From contig CM075988.1 of the NCBI GenBank assembly GCA_038087875.1, positions 11,718,001 through 11,782,000 on the forward strand: 64,000 bases of DNA, given 5' to 3'. This DNA is from Malacoraja senta. Its lineage: Eukaryota. Positions 61,912 through 64,000 of the stretch are shown piece by piece (positions within the stretch are counted from its first letter, which is position 1; each line of letters begins with the position of its first letter). Both the position numbers and the translations under genes were made by a program. Below the pieces are notes generated by a model. That model was not told where the DNA came from. It saw only the letters and a list, made by a program, of their open reading frames with translations, and searched no databases.

Positions 61912-62240
61912 ATCTGAAGAATCAATCTGAAGAAGGGTCTCAACACAAAACGTCACCCATTCCTTCTCTCCGGAGATGCAGCCTGTCCCGCTGAGTTATT
62001 CCAGCATTTTGTGCCTATCCTTCATTTAACACAGCATCTGCAGTTCCTTCCTGCACACTGCACAATCAACCCCCCCCCCCCCCCCCCCCCCCCATCCACA
62101 TGCATCTACCTATCACTTGCCAGGCTTTGTCCTGCCTCCATCTCTTTTACAACTTCCTCTTTGAAACTACAATCAGTCTGAAGAAGGCTCCTGACCTGAA
62201 ATGTTGCCCATACATCTTCTCCATAGACACTGCCTGACAT
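61912..62240 (+). mobile_element. Tandem Penelope pLTR remnants with two hammerhead motifs
   Basis: CTGAAGAAGGGTCTCAACACAAAACGTC at 61927-61954 and CTGAAGAAGGCTCCTGACCTGAAATGTT at 62178-62205, separated by a poly-C tract. Confidence 0.75.
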
Positions 62241-62717
62241 GTGGCCTCAAACACGGAGGTTTAATGTTTAAAGGTATTTTTAAGATACTATTTTACACAC
62301 AAAAAAAATTAAAACAAATTATGATGCAAATTCCTCGGTACTAGAAAACTGGACCAGTCAGTTTGTGCTGCAATGATTCTGTGGGTCTATGACTGCTAAT
62401 TGAGATGAGCCCACACTCAGCAGTTTTGAGCTTGCAGCCCTGCAGGGAATCTGCTTTTTATGGTGCTCCCCTGCCACTTTATCTATAATAAGAAATATCT
62501 GCTAAATATGTGCCCGTCTAGATCTCCTTGTGATCTTCTTTTCTCATTTAACGTCCTTCCAGCTGAATGCATCTTCATATTATTAACAAACTTGTCAGCT
62601 GGTCCCCTGATGCCTTCATTTAGAGGAGAAAGATCCACAAGTCTAATATTAACTGCTGCAGAACACCTCCAGTTACTGGTTCTCCCACGTCTCGACATAT
62701 TTTAAAAATAATAATGG

Positions 62718-62972
62718 ACTTTTTGTTAGTTTAGTTTTGAGATACAGTGTGAAAACCGAATCTATACTGACCTGTGATTCCCACACATTAACACAACCCG
62801 AAGATAGGAAATGTTGGAGTATCTCAGCGGGACCGTCAGCATCTCTGGAGAGAAGGAATGGGTGAAGTTTTGGGTCGAATTTTACATTTGTACATTTATA
62901 CCAAGCCAGTTAACCTACAAAGCTGTATGTCTTTGGAGTGTTTGAGGAAACTGAAGGTGTGGGAGGAAACCT
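62718..62972 (-). mobile_element. Partial tRNA-SINE with a nested pLTR fragment (about 62797-62878)
   Basis: TTAGTTTAGTTTTGAGATACAGTGTGAAA tail and CTTTGGAGTG..GGAGGAAAC core, interrupted by TGTTGGAGTATCTCAGCGGGAC. Confidence 0.65.
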
Positions 62973-64000
62973 AAGAGAATTCTATGAGAATGCCAAAAAT
63001 TTCTTCTTCAATCACAATTTCCTGTTACTCTAACTGTCCGTGACACTGTTCAGATCTGCACTATCACCAGGCCTTCAGCATTGAAAATGGATCGAACAAA
63101 AGTTTTAAATGGTGGTGTTTCCATGAATAGTGTGAGATTGGTGCACCATTTGGCAAGTTGGTAAGATGGCAACAGAAATTTGTATCAGTTAAAGCAAAAA
63201 GATAAGGGGAAGCGTAACACAGAAAGCTTATTGAAATGGGTTAAGGCAGTCCAATGATGTCTGAGCAGTTATGTTGAGAGTATTGGATCACATGGTTACT
63301 ATTAATATAATACCCATTAAACATTTCAGATGTTGCCTTCTCACCTGAAACTAGGGAGACCTTGTGTATCAAAGTGAATCGCTGTCAAATCTTTGGCGCA
63401 GATTGCAATATTATTTTAATTTTTATTAGCATTGCTGACGCTGCTTCCAGCTCTCAGCTGCCGATCAGGAATGACACAAATAATGGGGAAAACATATTTT
63501 ATGATGTTTTTTTTAGAAGAACATAAGTATCAGAAATGGAAACAGGCTTCAGTGTTTCATGAGATGAGAACTGGTTGAGATGAGAACTATGTTGTAATAC
63601 TACATTCTTGCCAGCTCCCCATAAGTCTTGACACTGCTAACTTGCTGTTGCAAACCATAAACATTTGAGGAGACATTTTCTTTTCCCTTGAATGAGCCTG
63701 CGGGCTTTTTCATCTTGCACAAATTGAACATTATTTTATGTGTACCTTACAGTCTTGGCAGCATTTTTCTTCAGTCCTGTAGGACCTTCTGGCAATCTCA
63801 CTTTGGGGAGGTGAAGATGAGGAGGAGGGGAAGGAGGAAAAAGTGATTATCCTTTGGGTGAGCAAACAGAAGGAGACATACTTGGAATTGTTCCTATCCT
63901 TCTGGAGTCTCAAGATATTCTCAGATAGAGAGCATAAGTTGGCTTCAATTCTCTAGTGACAACATGGCAGGTTGGGTTCATTGTAACCAGCTGTCAGAGC

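Noticed and set aside
62070-62093. Long poly-C tracts (also about 46452-46471)
   Set aside because: These are homopolymer expansions within TE sequence whose length may be a sequencing artefact. No independent function is supportable.

Overview
This is eukaryotic, AT-rich, repeat-dense genomic DNA (a large intron or gene desert). I infer a cartilaginous fish, probably a skate or ray, from its HE1-like tRNA/V-SINEs and CR1 (HER1-like) LINEs. No host protein-coding exon, tRNA/rRNA gene or CRISPR array could be supported; the recognisable ORFs are decayed transposon frames. The window holds many CR1 fragments (longest 39316-41850 and 57137-59740) and a Rex1/Babar-type LINE (6697-8870) split by a foldback MITE with a 9-bp TSD. 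It also holds an internally deleted Gypsy element (44322-46268), a Penelope-like element (PLE; RT plus GIY-YIG, 46308-48830), three Harbinger-type MITEs and about nine tRNA SINEs. Two signals stand out. (1) Four CpG-rich non-coding retroposons lack a tRNA head but share a covarying hairpin and carry exchangeable Rex1/Babar-type 3' modules (stem-loop, AATAAA, microsatellite). (2) About 12 Penelope pLTR copies carry decayed minimal hammerhead-ribozyme motifs (CUGANGA...GAAA-CGUC) and occur as solo, inverted-hairpin and tandem forms. Boundaries of decayed repeats were read by eye and are approximate.
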